NCBI RefSeq assembly: GCF_000002075.1
Contig: NW_004797630.1
Coordinates: forward strand, 14,819 to 78,745
Source: Aplysia californica
Taxonomy: Eukaryota
Direction of reading: 5' to 3'
DNA length: 63,927 nucleotides
A program made the translations under genes and the position numbers. Below are positions 63,746-63,927 of the stretch, piece by piece. Under the pieces are notes generated by a model that was given only the letters and a program-made list of their open reading frames with translations, was not told the origin of the DNA and ran no database searches. How positions within the stretch are numbered: position 1 is the stretch's first letter; each line of letters starts with the position of its first letter.

Positions 63746-63927
63746 CTGGGAGGAGGGAAAAAACAAAAAACCAAATCAAAATTCATGTGTCTGTTCCACT
63801 GTTCCATTTTGCTTTTCAAGGAATTCAATTTTTTCATCAACTTGTCACAAGCAAATACAATAATACAACTGAAACTATCTAAGACTGCCACTCACAAGAC
63901 AAACAAAAGATCAACAACAAAAAAAAC

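Overview
Eukaryotic, intron-rich, repeat-rich invertebrate genomic DNA (probably a mollusc; inferred from SINE types and composition, not proven) with several N gaps. I assembled five protein-coding genes from splice sites and translation. (1) An AEN/ISG20L2-like DEDDh 3'-5' exonuclease (minus, 5 coding exons, 579 aa). (2) A 1515-aa C2H2 zinc-finger protein (plus, 2 coding exons, about 27 fingers) containing two finger-for-finger paralogous 12-finger arrays. (3) PSMB4 (minus, 7 exons, 263 aa), head-to-head with (4) HDHD2 (plus, 7 coding exons, 257 aa). (5) The last exon of cytosolic aconitase ACO1/IRP1 (minus). Introns and intergenic DNA hold many SINE-like retroelements, MITEs, an RTE LINE relic and minisatellites. 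The most notable observations are the twin ZF arrays with conserved recognition helices, a CpG-decayed minimal hammerhead ribozyme, a covarying 3' hairpin shared by several unrelated retroelement bodies, (TCTAGA)n palindromes near the 5' end of all four complete genes, and tandem repeats whose units straddle stop codons and splice sites. All calls were made by eye without database searches.
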